This document shows positions 23,345 through 32,000 of a stretch of 32,000 nucleotides of DNA, piece by piece. This DNA is from Sphingomonadales bacterium (lineage in GTDB: Bacteria; Pseudomonadota; Alphaproteobacteria; Sphingomonadales; Sphingomonadaceae): positions 44,168-76,167 of the forward strand of contig JAIYAY010000003.1 of NCBI GenBank assembly GCA_027488785.1, read 5' to 3'. The first letter of the stretch is position 1, and each line of letters begins with the position of its first letter. A program made the position numbers and the translations under genes. The notes under the pieces are model-generated. The model had not been told where the DNA came from and made no database searches. It saw only the letters and a program-made list of their open reading frames with translations.

Positions 23345-23498
23345 AAACTTCTCCTTGATGTGATGAATGCAGGAGGCGGGATCTATGTCGTGCTCCTTTT
23401 ATTCCGCTGCGCGTTTACAATGCTCTGACATAGAATCAACATAGCGTTGCAGCAAAAGCGAAATTTTGCCGAAACTGTTGCAGTTAGGCACTGTGGCG

Positions 23499-24872
23499 TT
23501 AGAAACTCATCTCGTCATAGACGCGTGAGACATCGCCGCCCCATTCGCCGTGATATTTCTCAAGCAAAACCTCTGAAACGGTTTTGCCGCTGGCGACGAT
23601 TTCGCGCAACGGGTCGAGATATCCGGTTTCATTATCGCCGCTGGCGTTCAAGCAGTTGCGCGCGGCCAAGCCCGATGAGGATATGTCGAGGATGCGTCCG
23701 GCCAAATCCAGCAGCTTACCGCCGCCGGGTATCGCGGCGTTCAGGCCTTGCGCCGGCACGGCGTTGCGCAGCGCCTCGCGTTCCTCCATCGTCCAATGCT
23801 TTACCTCGTCCCATGCGGCATCGAGCGCATTTTGGTCGTAGAGCAAGCCGACCCAAAAAGCAGGCAATGCGCAAATGCGGTTCCACGGGCCACCGTCGGC
23901 ACCGCGCATTTCGAGGAAGCTTTTCAACCGAACCTCGGGAAAGGCGGTGGACATATGGTCTTCCCAGTCGCTCACCGTCGGCTTTTCGCCCGGCAATACC
24001 GACAATTCACCCTTTAGGAAGTCGCGGAAATCCAGGCCCGAAGCATCGATATATTTACCGTCGCGATAGACGAAATACATCGGCACTTTCAGCATATAAT
24101 CGACATATTGCTCATAGCCGAAATTGGCATCGAATACGAAAGGCAACATGCCCGTGCGCTGCGGATCGGTGTCGGACCAGATATGGCTGCGGTAGGACAA
24201 GAAGCCGTTTGGCTTGCCTTCCAAAAAGGGCGAATTGGCAAACAATGCGGTGGCAAGCGGCTGCAGCGCCAGCGATGCCCGGAATTTATGCGCCATGTCG
24301 GCTTCGCTCGCATAATCGAGATTGACCTGAATCGTGCAAGTACGCAGCATCATATCAAGGCCCATGCTGCCGACGCGCGGCATATGGCGCAGCATGATGT
24401 CATAACGGCCCTTGGGCATGATTGGCAATTCCGCGCGCGTCTTGTCGGGCCAGAGGCCAAGGCCCAGAAAACTGGTGTTGGTCTTGTCACCAATGGCCTT
24501 GACCTGTTTCAAATGCCGCCCAGTTTCGGCACAGGTTTGGTGCAGATTTTCCAACGGCGCGCCAGACAGTTCAAGTTGCCCGGCGGGTTCAAGGCTGACG
24601 GTGCCGTCGGCGCCGCTCATCGCGATAACCTTGCCATTTTCATATATCGGTTCCCAACCGAATTCGGTCAGCGCCATTAAAAGGTCATGGATACCGCCCG
24701 GTTCATCATAAGACGGGGCATGATGGTCGGCGCGATTATACACGAATTTTTCGTGCTCAGTGCCAATACGCCAGCTGTCCTTGGGCTTTTCGCCCTTGGC
24801 AATGGCAGCGACCAATTGATCGCGCGTTTCGATCACGGGGTCTATGCGGTTTGAAACGGTTTTTGTGCTCAT
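23499..24872 (-). CDS. gshA: Glutamate--cysteine ligase, plant/alphaproteobacterial type (GCS2 family)
   Basis: At 457 aa it has the length typical of this family. Recognised segments include WRIGTEHEKF, TLEPGGQ-like SLEPAGQLELSGAP, and MLRTCTIQVNLDY. Confidence 0.88.
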   Translation of the reverse strand: MSTKTVSNRIDPVIETRDQLVAAIAKGEKPKDSWRIGTEHEKFVYNRADHHAPSYDEPGGIHDLLMALTEFGWEPIYENGKVIAMSGADGTVSLEPAGQLELSGAPLENLHQTCAETGRHLKQVKAIGDKTNTSFLGLGLWPDKTRAELPIMPKGRYDIMLRHMPRVGSMGLDMMLRTCTIQVNLDYASEADMAHKFRASLALQPLATALFANSPFLEGKPNGFLSYRSHIWSDTDPQRTGMLPFVFDANFGYEQYVDYMLKVPMYFVYRDGKYIDASGLDFRDFLKGELSVLPGEKPTVSDWEDHMSTAFPEVRLKSFLEMRGADGGPWNRICALPAFWVGLLYDQNALDAAWDEVKHWTMEEREALRNAVPAQGLNAAIPGGGKLLDLAGRILDISSSGLAARNCLNASGDNETGYLDPLREIVASGKTVSEVLLEKYHGEWGGDVSRVYDEMSF

Positions 24873-24961
24873 TGCGGGGGTTTAGAAATGTCGTGGCGAT
24901 ATTGCCAGTAGATTAATGTTATCCCGTTATGCACTATTGAATGGATTGGTCGCGGCGTCAG

Positions 24962-25705
24962 CTAAGCGCACCAATCGCCATTCTTTGCCATCCAGATGGA
25001 AATCGCGGATATGGCGGCGGTGTCAGCCCGCAATATTCTTGGGCCAAGTGAAACGGGACGGGCATTCGGATGCGCGCGAATATAGGCATTTTCGCTATCG
25101 GTGAAGCCACCTTCGGGGCCTATCAATATGGCGGCTGGCCCTGCTTTTATCGTTTCCAAAAACGGTTCGCCACCGCGTTCGTCGCAGAAATATAAACTGC
25201 GTTCGGCTGGCCAATCTTTCAACAGCGCTTCAAGTTTCGTCAACGGCGATATCTGTGGCAAGGCGGTGCGTTCACATTGCTCGGCTGCTTCAATCATATG
25301 GGCACGCAAGCGGTCATCCTTGACCTTGTCGACAACGCAGCGCGCGGTCAGCACGGGCGCAAAGCGCGCGACGCCCAATTCGCATGCTTTTTCCGCTATC
25401 CAGTCAAAGCGATCCTTTTTGATCAGCGCTTGGGCGATCCATAGATCGGGTGTGGTTTCGCGTGCGCGCAATTTTGTTTCAACCGTAAGATCAAGATCAC
25501 GTTTGCTGATGCGTGCAACGGTCGCGAGATATTCGCCCGAAATGTCATCGAACAATTTGACCGGTGCGCCTTCTTTCAGGCGCATCACACCCAACAGATA
25601 ATGTGCGCTATTGCCTGCGATGTTGAGGGTCGCACCAAGTTCCAGCGGCTGTTCCACAAACAAGCGCGGTGTTGATTTTGGGGGCCAGGCGGGTGTTGCG
25701 GGCAT
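24962..25705 (-). CDS. rsmE: 16S rRNA (uracil1498-N3)-methyltransferase RsmE
   Basis: PRLFVEQPL lies near the N-terminus, and the SPOUT C-terminal motif is AILIGPEGGFTDSE. The start is uncertain, either the ATG at 25705 or the ATG at 25741. Confidence 0.85.
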   Translation of the reverse strand: MPATPAWPPKSTPRLFVEQPLELGATLNIAGNSAHYLLGVMRLKEGAPVKLFDDISGEYLATVARISKRDLDLTVETKLRARETTPDLWIAQALIKKDRFDWIAEKACELGVARFAPVLTARCVVDKVKDDRLRAHMIEAAEQCERTALPQISPLTKLEALLKDWPAERSLYFCDERGGEPFLETIKAGPAAILIGPEGGFTDSENAYIRAHPNARPVSLGPRILRADTAAISAISIWMAKNGDWCA

Positions 25706-25807
25706 GGCCCTGCGTCTAACCGCAAAAGCAGGCGGCGTCATCTATCAAGTTAAGCGCCTTAAACTTCGCAGATGACGCGCCGGATAAATTTTGGCAGGGC
25801 CGCTCCT

Positions 25808-26719
25808 ATGACCTCGAAAATTGTACCTGACAGCGAATATACTGGTATCATTGCCCTGCTGCCGGTGAAGCTGCGCGCCTTTGTGCTTTTGGCGCGGTTG
25901 GACCGTCCTATTGGCTGGTGGCTTTTGTTCTGGCCATGCGTATATGGTTTGGCGCTCTCGGGCGGGCTTGTTCCGCGATGGGACCTAGCCTTGTGGATGC
26001 TGCTCGGCGCGATTGTGATGCGCGGGGCAGGGTGCGTCTACAATGATATTGTCGACCGCAATCTGGACGCGCAAGTGGCGCGCACGGCATCGCGGCCCTT
26101 GCCGCGCGGCGATGTAAGCGTGCGCGGCGCTTGGACGTTCCTGATTGGTTTATGTGCCATCGGGTTGCTGGTCCTCTTGCAACTTCGGTGGGAGGCGCAG
26201 ATTGTCGCTGTAAGCAGCATATTTCTGGTCGCGGCATATCCGTTTATGAAACGCATTACGTGGTGGCCGCAATTATGGCTCGGACTGGTGTTTAGCTGGG
26301 GCGCATTGGTCGGCTGGGTAGCCATCAATGGGCAGGGCAATGCGGCGATGTTCTGGCTTTATGCCGGCACGATATTCTGGGTCGTTGGCTATGACACCAT
26401 ATACGCGATGCAGGACCGCGAGGATGATGCTTTGGTCGGAATTAAATCGAGCGCCTTGCGACTTGGCGGCAGCGTCCGGCTTGGCGTGACGGCATTCTAC
26501 TTTTTGACGATCTTGGGCTGGGGCATGGCGATCTGGAGTGTCCGGCCGGAAAAGCAGGCGCTTATTGCCTTGCTTCCGGTCGCTTTTCATTTGGGGATGC
26601 AAGTCATTTCAATGAAATCCGATGGCAGCAACGCGCTTGGTCATTTCCGCTCAAACCGCGTGGCAGGGTTACTGGCCGCGCTTGCCTTTTTGGTCGTTGG
26701 CGCAGCTGGTCAGTATTAA
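25808..26719 (+). CDS. ubiA: 4-hydroxybenzoate polyprenyltransferase (UbiA)
   Basis: It has LARLDRPIGWWLLFWP and both Asp-rich motifs (NDIVDRNLD and YAMQDREDD). The protein is multi-spanning. The ATG at 25808 is preferred over the ATG at 25772. Confidence 0.9.
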   Translation: MTSKIVPDSEYTGIIALLPVKLRAFVLLARLDRPIGWWLLFWPCVYGLALSGGLVPRWDLALWMLLGAIVMRGAGCVYNDIVDRNLDAQVARTASRPLPRGDVSVRGAWTFLIGLCAIGLLVLLQLRWEAQIVAVSSIFLVAAYPFMKRITWWPQLWLGLVFSWGALVGWVAINGQGNAAMFWLYAGTIFWVVGYDTIYAMQDREDDALVGIKSSALRLGGSVRLGVTAFYFLTILGWGMAIWSVRPEKQALIALLPVAFHLGMQVISMKSDGSNALGHFRSNRVAGLLAALAFLVVGAAGQY

Positions 26720-26729
26720 GGAGAAGGTT

Positions 26730-27749
26730 ATGGAACATCGTCGCATCGGCAAAAGCGCCATTTATGTGTCCGACATCTGCATGGGCACCATGACCTTCGG
26801 GTCGCAAACCGATGAGGCGGAGGCGCACCGCATTCTCGACAAATGTCTAGACGCAGGTATCAACTTCTTTGACACAGCAGAAGGCTATCCCGTGCCGCCC
26901 GACATCAAATGGGTTGGCCGCACGGAGGATATTGTCGGCCGCTGGATGAAGGGCAAGAACCGCGACACCATCATCATGGCAACGAAGGTTTCGGGCCCAA
27001 GCCACACTTGGTTCAAATCGCCTAAGCGCGGCGGCATGACCACGCTGGACCGGCACAATATCATTACCGCGGTTGAGGAAAGCCTGCGCCGTTTGCAGAC
27101 CGATTATATCGACCTGTACCAGACGCATTGGCCCGACCATGGTCTTGCCTATGACGAGACGATGGAGGTACTCGACGAATTGGTGCGCTCCGGCAAGGTC
27201 CGCGTCTTGGGTTGTTCGAACGAGACAAGCTATGGCCTGATGAAGTCGTTGGCGACGTCAGAGCGGTTGGGCACGGCGCGCTATCACAGTATCCAGAATA
27301 ATTTTTCGATCAACAACCGCCGGTTTGAAGATGAGTTGAAACAGGTCTGTCGTCAGGAAGGCGTGTCGTTGCTGCCTTACTCGCCTTTGGGTGGCGGCGT
27401 GTTGTCGGGCAAATATCTCGACGGCGCCCGCCCCGAAGGCGCGCGTTTCTCCCGCTATCTCGAAATGGCCGGGTCGCGTCAGGTCGACATGGCGCAGCGT
27501 TTTGCTGGGCCCCGCGCCTTGGAGAGCACGATGCGGATTGTTGCGATTGCCAAGGAAGCTGGTATGTCGCCGGTTACGCTGGCAACGGCTTGGTCGAAGC
27601 AGCATGACTTTGTCGCGTCGACGATTGTGGGCGTAAGCAAAGAAGACCAGCTCGACGATATCTTTGCGGCGATTGACTTGAAGTTAAGCGCCGAAGTGAT
27701 GACCGCGGTGCATAAGGTGACGAAAGAGATATTGTACCCGATGGGGTGA
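26730..27749 (+). CDS. tas: NADP(H)-dependent aldo-keto reductase, Tas-like
   Basis: AAGGAGAAGG lies upstream of the ATG at 26730. The sequence MEHRRIGKSAIYVSDICMGTMTFGSQTDEAEAHRILD...LRRLQTDYIDLYQTHWPD...GCSNET appears collinear, from memory, with E. coli Tas. Confidence 0.86.
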   Translation: MEHRRIGKSAIYVSDICMGTMTFGSQTDEAEAHRILDKCLDAGINFFDTAEGYPVPPDIKWVGRTEDIVGRWMKGKNRDTIIMATKVSGPSHTWFKSPKRGGMTTLDRHNIITAVEESLRRLQTDYIDLYQTHWPDHGLAYDETMEVLDELVRSGKVRVLGCSNETSYGLMKSLATSERLGTARYHSIQNNFSINNRRFEDELKQVCRQEGVSLLPYSPLGGGVLSGKYLDGARPEGARFSRYLEMAGSRQVDMAQRFAGPRALESTMRIVAIAKEAGMSPVTLATAWSKQHDFVASTIVGVSKEDQLDDIFAAIDLKLSAEVMTAVHKVTKEILYPMG

Positions 27750-27796
27750 GGGGACTATTCCAATGTCTTCAAAAATCCCGCTTGTTCCCCTCCCTT

Positions 27797-27869
27797 TCGT
27801 CATCCTGAACTTGTTTTAGGATAACATGCGATGGTTGTTCGTTATCCTGAAACAAGTTCAGGATGACGA
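27797..27869. repeat. MITE/REP-like inverted-repeat element (29-bp arms, 15-nt loop), the best-preserved copy
   Basis: TCGTCATCCTGAACTTGTTTTAGGATAAC and GTTATCCTGAAACAAGTTCAGGATGACGA are reverse complements with a single mismatch. The element lies between the convergent tas and ppx genes. Confidence 0.85.
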
Positions 27870-27919
27870 TTACTGGTGAGAGCGCAGGTTGACGAAGGAA
27901 TATGGCCATACCTCCCCCA

Positions 27920-29383
27920 TCAACTCATAATCTCCGCCTGCGCATAACCCAGCGCTTCGCCAAGCGCTTGTAAACGGCGCTGAACGCTATTCGACTGCAA
28001 GCGGACGGCCGCGCCGCGCAAGTGCAGTCGTAACGTCGCGCCGTCGCCGTCGATGCGGCTGTCGGCCAATGCGCCGCCAGTGCCGCCGTCGAGGCGGTGG
28101 GCCAGACGGATAGCGAGGCCCCAGATCACGGCTTGCGCCAGCGCGCCGGGCTTGGCCAAAGCCGGTAGCATTTCGGGCAAGGTCCGTTTTCCGGCATGCA
28201 CCGTCCAAAGCGCAGCGGCGATGACGGCGCGGTCGCTGGCGTTGGCACCTGGCCAACTGCCGTCCAGCGCAAGGTCAAGCGCGTGGTCGGCGCGATATTC
28301 GGGGTTCACGTTCCACACGCTGTCGGACAGTAAGCATGCCGCGCGGCACAATCGTGCGTCATCATCGCTTTGCCCGGCGAATACTGGCGCAATCCAATCG
28401 GCCAAGGCATCGCCATGAAAGGGAAAACGCCCCAGCCTTTCGCCTTCAAAACGCGCCGAGGCAATTAATGGGTCTTGCTTTCGCTCGGCCGGTGTCAGTT
28501 GTTCGTATAACAAGCCTTCACGCAGGCCATAGATGCTCGTTACAAGCTTTTTGGGCTTTAATAGGCCCACAATACCGCCCAATAATGCCGCAGCCCCGGG
28601 CAGCTCAGCGATACGGCCCGCAGCGACGACATTAGACTGCGTGAGGGCGTCGCGGTCTTGCACCAGCGGCGCGAGTAATTCCGGTGCTTCAGGCGGCATT
28701 TCATAATTCGACAATATGGTCAGCGGATAACCAGTTGCATGCATGTGCAACCGCGCGAAGCTACGCCACGAACCGCCAATCATGTAAAAGGGGAGGCCAG
28801 TTTCCATTGGAAAGCTGCCCTTGCCCATAGTTTTGGCAATATCATTGCGTAGCATCTGCGTGATTTGCTTGGCCGATTTGCCCGCCAATATGTCATGCCG
28901 CAATGTCCCCAGCGGTAGCGACACGCGCGCGCCCAATTTGCCATCGGATATGCGGATAAGCTCAAGGCTGCCGCCGCCGAGATCGCCGACATAGCCATTG
29001 GCAAAGGGATTGTCGCTGAGCACGCCATAACCCGCCGCTGTGGCTTCGGCATCGCCGTCGAGCACGTCGATGCGGATGCCCAAGGCGGCGGCCTTTTCAA
29101 CCAACTCCTGTCCATTCTTCGCCTCTCGCGTCGCGGCGGTGGCGACCACGCGCAAGCTGTCGACCTGCATCGTCCGGGCGAGTGTTTCAAAGCGGGCCAA
29201 TGCGGCCAGCGCCTTTTTCATCGTCGCCTTGTCAATTTCGCCGTCGCCCGCAAGGCAGGCGCCCAGTTTTACGCGGCTTTTTTCATTGTAAATGGGCAAA
29301 GGCGCGCGCGGCGACCCTGCATAGACCACGAGCCGGACAGTGTTGGAGCCAATATCAATGACGGCCTGACGCACCGCCCTCAT
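27920..29383 (-). CDS. ppx: Exopolyphosphatase, Ppx/GppA family
   Basis: The 487-aa ORF has the N-terminal ASKHA motif VIDIGSNTVRLVVY and later DLGGGSLEL. It overlaps the ppk stop by 4 nt (ATGA). Confidence 0.9.
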   Translation of the reverse strand: MRAVRQAVIDIGSNTVRLVVYAGSPRAPLPIYNEKSRVKLGACLAGDGEIDKATMKKALAALARFETLARTMQVDSLRVVATAATREAKNGQELVEKAAALGIRIDVLDGDAEATAAGYGVLSDNPFANGYVGDLGGGSLELIRISDGKLGARVSLPLGTLRHDILAGKSAKQITQMLRNDIAKTMGKGSFPMETGLPFYMIGGSWRSFARLHMHATGYPLTILSNYEMPPEAPELLAPLVQDRDALTQSNVVAAGRIAELPGAAALLGGIVGLLKPKKLVTSIYGLREGLLYEQLTPAERKQDPLIASARFEGERLGRFPFHGDALADWIAPVFAGQSDDDARLCRAACLLSDSVWNVNPEYRADHALDLALDGSWPGANASDRAVIAAALWTVHAGKRTLPEMLPALAKPGALAQAVIWGLAIRLAHRLDGGTGGALADSRIDGDGATLRLHLRGAAVRLQSNSVQRRLQALGEALGYAQAEIMS

Positions 29384-31539
29384 CTTTGTCGGACAAGGCT
29401 CAAAGTTGGAACCTTCTTGTCATCTGCGAGCGCGCCGCCGCGTCCCGAAAGCGACGCATTTGTCATGAAATAATGATGCAGATTAAATGGCATGCTACCC
29501 GCTTTTACCCTTTCATAGCGACCGTCGGAACGCAGCATCCAGCTTTGCTGGTTGTCGAGCAGGTTTGCAACCATAACCTGATCCAAGATCTGGTCATGCA
29601 CCGTCGGGTTCTCAATTGGCAGCATATATTCGACGCGGCGGTCGAAATTGCGCGACATCCAGTCGGCTGAGGAGATGAACACCTTCGCCTCCCGATTGGG
29701 CAGATCCGCGCCATTACCCATTGCCCAGATGCGGCTATGCTCCAGAAAACGTCCGACAACCGATTTTACCCGAATACGCGACGACATGCCTTTCACACCG
29801 GGCCGCAAACAACAAATACCGCGCACCACAAGGTCGATTTCCACCCCGGCTTCGCTTGCCTCATATAATTTGTCGATAACGGCTTTATCCACCAACGAGT
29901 TGAGCTTTGCCCAAACCGCACCGGGCCGACCAGCAGCAACATGGGCGATTTCATCGTCAATCAACGACATGATTTTTTCGCGCAAGCCAAGCGGGCTCAT
30001 CGTCAAAAGCTTGAGCCCGGTTGGCGGGATATAGCCGGTGATATAATTGAAAATTTGACCAGCATCATGGCCGACGCGCGGGTCCGCGGTGAAGAAACTG
30101 ATGTCGGTATACACTTTGGCCGTGATCGGGTGATAATTGCCCGTACCCAAGTGACAATATGTGCGGAAACCATCCGCCTCACGCCGGACAACCAGCGAAA
30201 TTTTGGCGTGGGTTTTCATGTCGACAAAGCCGTAGACCACCTGAACGCCGGAATTTTCCAACTGCGATGCCCAATGGAGATTTTGCTCTTCGTCAAACCG
30301 CGCCTTCAGCTCAACAATGGCTGTGACAGATTTTCCGGCCTCTGCCGCCTCGCATAAGGCACGGATAACAGCGGACTGCTTACCAGCGCGATAAAGCGTT
30401 TGCTTGATGGCGACGACGTCGGGATCAAGCGCAGCCTGTTGCAGGAAGGCGAGCACCACGTCGAAGCTTTCATATGGGTGGTGAATGACAATGTCTTTTT
30501 GGCCGATCGCCGAAAAACAATCGCCGTCATGCTCCAAGATGCGTTCGGGGAAACGCGGCGAATAAGGCGGGAATTTTAATGATGGGCGGTCTTCATCCAC
30601 CAACTGGCTTAAGTCGCCAATGCCTAAAAAGCCGACGGTTTCAACAACGATCGATGCGCCCGCGCCGAGTTCGGCGCGGATCAACGTCGCTAGTTCACTG
30701 GGTAGCCCTTTTTCGAGCTTTAGTCGGATGATGCGCCCGCGACGGCGGCGTTTGATGGCGCTGCGGAAATAACGGACGAGGTCTTCGGCCTCTTCTTCCA
30801 CCTCGATGTCGCTGTCGCGGATAATACGGAAGGCGCCAGCCGCGATTAGCCGATAATCCGGAAACATTTGACCGACGAAATGCTTAATCAACGCCTCAAT
30901 GGTGACAAAACGCGTGCCAGGGCCGGGCAAGCGGACAAAGCGGGCCAGCGATTGAGGGATCAGCACCAATTGCCTGACAACTTCATTATTATCCTTGCGG
31001 CGCATATCGAAAATGAGGCTAAGCCCTTGATTGGGAATGAAGGGGAAGGGATGCGCTGGGTCTAAGGCTTGCGGGGTGAGGACCGGCAAGATTTGCTCGC
31101 GGAAATATTTGCCCACTTGCGTCTGCAGGGTCTTTCCCATCGCGGATGGTTGAATGATCTTAATGCCTTTGCCGGCCAATTCCGGCATCAACTTGCGCCA
31201 CAATTTCTGTTGCTGGATCATCAACCGATCCGCGGCCGCAACGGTGTCGGCGAGCTGCTCGGAGGGCGTGCGGCCATCAATCGACAGTTCTTCAATCTTC
31301 CGCTGCTGCTGCCCGCGTAAGCCCGCCACGCGGACCATGAAAAACTCATCAAGGTTCGTGCCCGAAATCGACAGAAAACGCAGGCGCTCCAACAAAGGAT
31401 GTGCCGGGTTTGACGCTTCTTCCAACACCCGCTCATTAAATTTCAGCCAAGACAGCTCGCGGTTAAAATAGCGCGCATCGGTTGGCGTTTTTCGGGCTTT
31501 TAACTTGCTAGTACCGGACACGGGCTTCACGAAACTCAT
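29380..31539 (-). CDS. ppk: Polyphosphate kinase 1
   Basis: The 719-aa ORF has RYFNRELSWLKFNERVLEEA, LDEFFMVRV, the autophosphorylation His context MKTHAKISLVVR, and two PLD-like C-terminal domains (GTGNYHPITAKVYTD and FLEHSRIW). Confidence 0.95.
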   Translation of the reverse strand: MSFVKPVSGTSKLKARKTPTDARYFNRELSWLKFNERVLEEASNPAHPLLERLRFLSISGTNLDEFFMVRVAGLRGQQQRKIEELSIDGRTPSEQLADTVAAADRLMIQQQKLWRKLMPELAGKGIKIIQPSAMGKTLQTQVGKYFREQILPVLTPQALDPAHPFPFIPNQGLSLIFDMRRKDNNEVVRQLVLIPQSLARFVRLPGPGTRFVTIEALIKHFVGQMFPDYRLIAAGAFRIIRDSDIEVEEEAEDLVRYFRSAIKRRRRGRIIRLKLEKGLPSELATLIRAELGAGASIVVETVGFLGIGDLSQLVDEDRPSLKFPPYSPRFPERILEHDGDCFSAIGQKDIVIHHPYESFDVVLAFLQQAALDPDVVAIKQTLYRAGKQSAVIRALCEAAEAGKSVTAIVELKARFDEEQNLHWASQLENSGVQVVYGFVDMKTHAKISLVVRREADGFRTYCHLGTGNYHPITAKVYTDISFFTADPRVGHDAGQIFNYITGYIPPTGLKLLTMSPLGLREKIMSLIDDEIAHVAAGRPGAVWAKLNSLVDKAVIDKLYEASEAGVEIDLVVRGICCLRPGVKGMSSRIRVKSVVGRFLEHSRIWAMGNGADLPNREAKVFISSADWMSRNFDRRVEYMLPIENPTVHDQILDQVMVANLLDNQQSWMLRSDGRYERVKAGSMPFNLHHYFMTNASLSGRGGALADDKKVPTLSLVRQR

Positions 31540-31606
31540 TCCTTTTTCTTCATTTCAGGCTCGGTGCCATGGAAACATTGCAAATTTACGGCAGCAGAAA
31601 TGTCAA

Positions 31607-31635
31607 CTGTAACAGCATTGTCGCCAAATTGTCAT
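31607..31635 (+). promoter_or_regulatory. Pho-box-like phased direct repeats CTGTAAC-agca-TTGTCGC-caaa-TTGTCAT
   Basis: Three 7-bp units related to CTGTCAT are spaced exactly 11 bp apart, which is the PhoB-box architecture. They lie in the divergent ppk / TonB-receptor intergenic region. A possible -10 (TATACC) lies downstream on the + strand. Confidence 0.4.
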
Positions 31636-31709
31636 CGTTGATATACCGACGAGTCACAACCCCTGCCTAAGGGCAATCATCACATTTGGTGTATTTAGGG
31701 GTTATTGAT

Positions 31710-32000
31710 ATGCAAGCGCGTTGTACAAACTCACGGACAATTTCAAGAAGCGCGATGCTGTGCGGCACGGCTTTGCTGGCGATCCTGCCTTCATCATTGA
31801 TGGCCCAAACGGCGAATGCGGCGGAAGACGAAGCCATCGTTGTCACGGGTTCACGGCCAATCGCTGAATCAGAGGCGGCCGCCCTGCAAGTTCAGAAAAA
31901 TTCGGATTCGTTGGTAACCGTTGTTGCATCTGACTCAGTCGGCCGTTTGCCAGATCAGAACATCGCCCAGGCAACGGGCCGCCTTCCTGGCGTGGCCGTA
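31710..32000 (+). CDS. TonB-dependent receptor, N-terminal fragment (continues beyond window end)
   Basis: My own translation gives MQARCTNSRTISRSAMLCGTALLAILPSSLMAQTANAAEDEAIVVTGSRPIAESEAAALQVQKNSDSLVTVVASDSVGRLPDQNIAQATGRLPGVAV. This shows a signal peptide plus a TonB box/plug start. The frame is open to base 32000. Confidence 0.8.
   Translation, partial: MQARCTNSRTISRSAMLCGTALLAILPSSLMAQTANAAEDEAIVVTGSRPIAESEAAALQVQKNSDSLVTVVASDSVGRLPDQNIAQATGRLPGVAV

Noticed and set aside
23382-23434. An 8-bp inverted repeat, TCTATGTC...GACATAGA, lies in the leader of the TonB-dependent receptor. I also searched there for a riboswitch, Fur box or Irr box.
   Set aside because: An 8-bp inverted repeat in a ~150-bp region is close to chance expectation. 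I could not recognise a B12-box, Fur, ICE or IRO motif.
23447-24325. A 292-aa + strand ORF, extremely rich in Arg, Pro and Ala, lies antisense to gshA.
   Set aside because: Its composition is typical of an antisense shadow frame in GC-rich coding DNA. It lies entirely inside the well-supported gshA gene and has no recognisable motif.
1-32000. I searched for CRISPR arrays, transposases, integrases, phage genes, toxin-antitoxin pairs and known defence-system hallmarks.
   Set aside because: No spaced direct-repeat array is present, and no ORF has recognisable recombinase, nuclease-NTPase defence or phage-structural motifs. Every long ORF is accounted for by housekeeping or metabolic functions.

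Overview
This 32 kb window looks like a chromosomal segment from an alphaproteobacterium, most likely Sphingomonadales. That placement is an inference from a plant-type GshA, two TonB-dependent receptors, PHA genes and a 'TCGTCAYCCTGAACTTGTTTCAGG' intergenic repeat. The window is about 90% coding and mostly housekeeping. I could not run BLAST, HMM or RNA-folding searches. All product calls rest on motifs I recognise in the translations, and all regulatory calls are hypotheses. Contents in order: (1) A PHA/lipid block on the minus strand: a partial SDR, clpS, a phasin, two tandem acyl-CoA dehydrogenases and a class I PHA synthase. (2) A DEAD-box helicase, an AlaC-like aminotransferase, a 4HBT thioesterase and a methyltransferase with a lipoprotein signal. 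(3) The tRNA-Trp/secE/nusG/rplKA/rplJL translation cluster. It is interrupted at two junctions, and rpoBC is absent downstream of rplL. (4) A TonB-dependent receptor, gshA, rsmE, ubiA and a Tas-like aldo-keto reductase. (5) ppx-ppk1 and the start of a second TonB-dependent receptor. I found no CRISPR array, transposase, integrase, prophage gene, toxin-antitoxin pair or recognisable defence system. The best candidates for undescribed biology are: a six-gene accessory block (11.6-17.5 kb) wedged between rplA and rplJ; within it, a translationally coupled NTF2-like/GNAT/carbon-nitrogen-hydrolase triad and an orphan Rieske oxygenase + SSS symporter + DUF3237 module; paired TGC-N3-GCA palindromes around a near-consensus phasin promoter, likely PhaR operators; a perfect 18-bp palindrome in front of the acyl-CoA dehydrogenase pair; a MITE-like inverted-repeat family with two clear copies and one divergent copy; and a phased Pho-box-like repeat between ppk1 and a TonB receptor.
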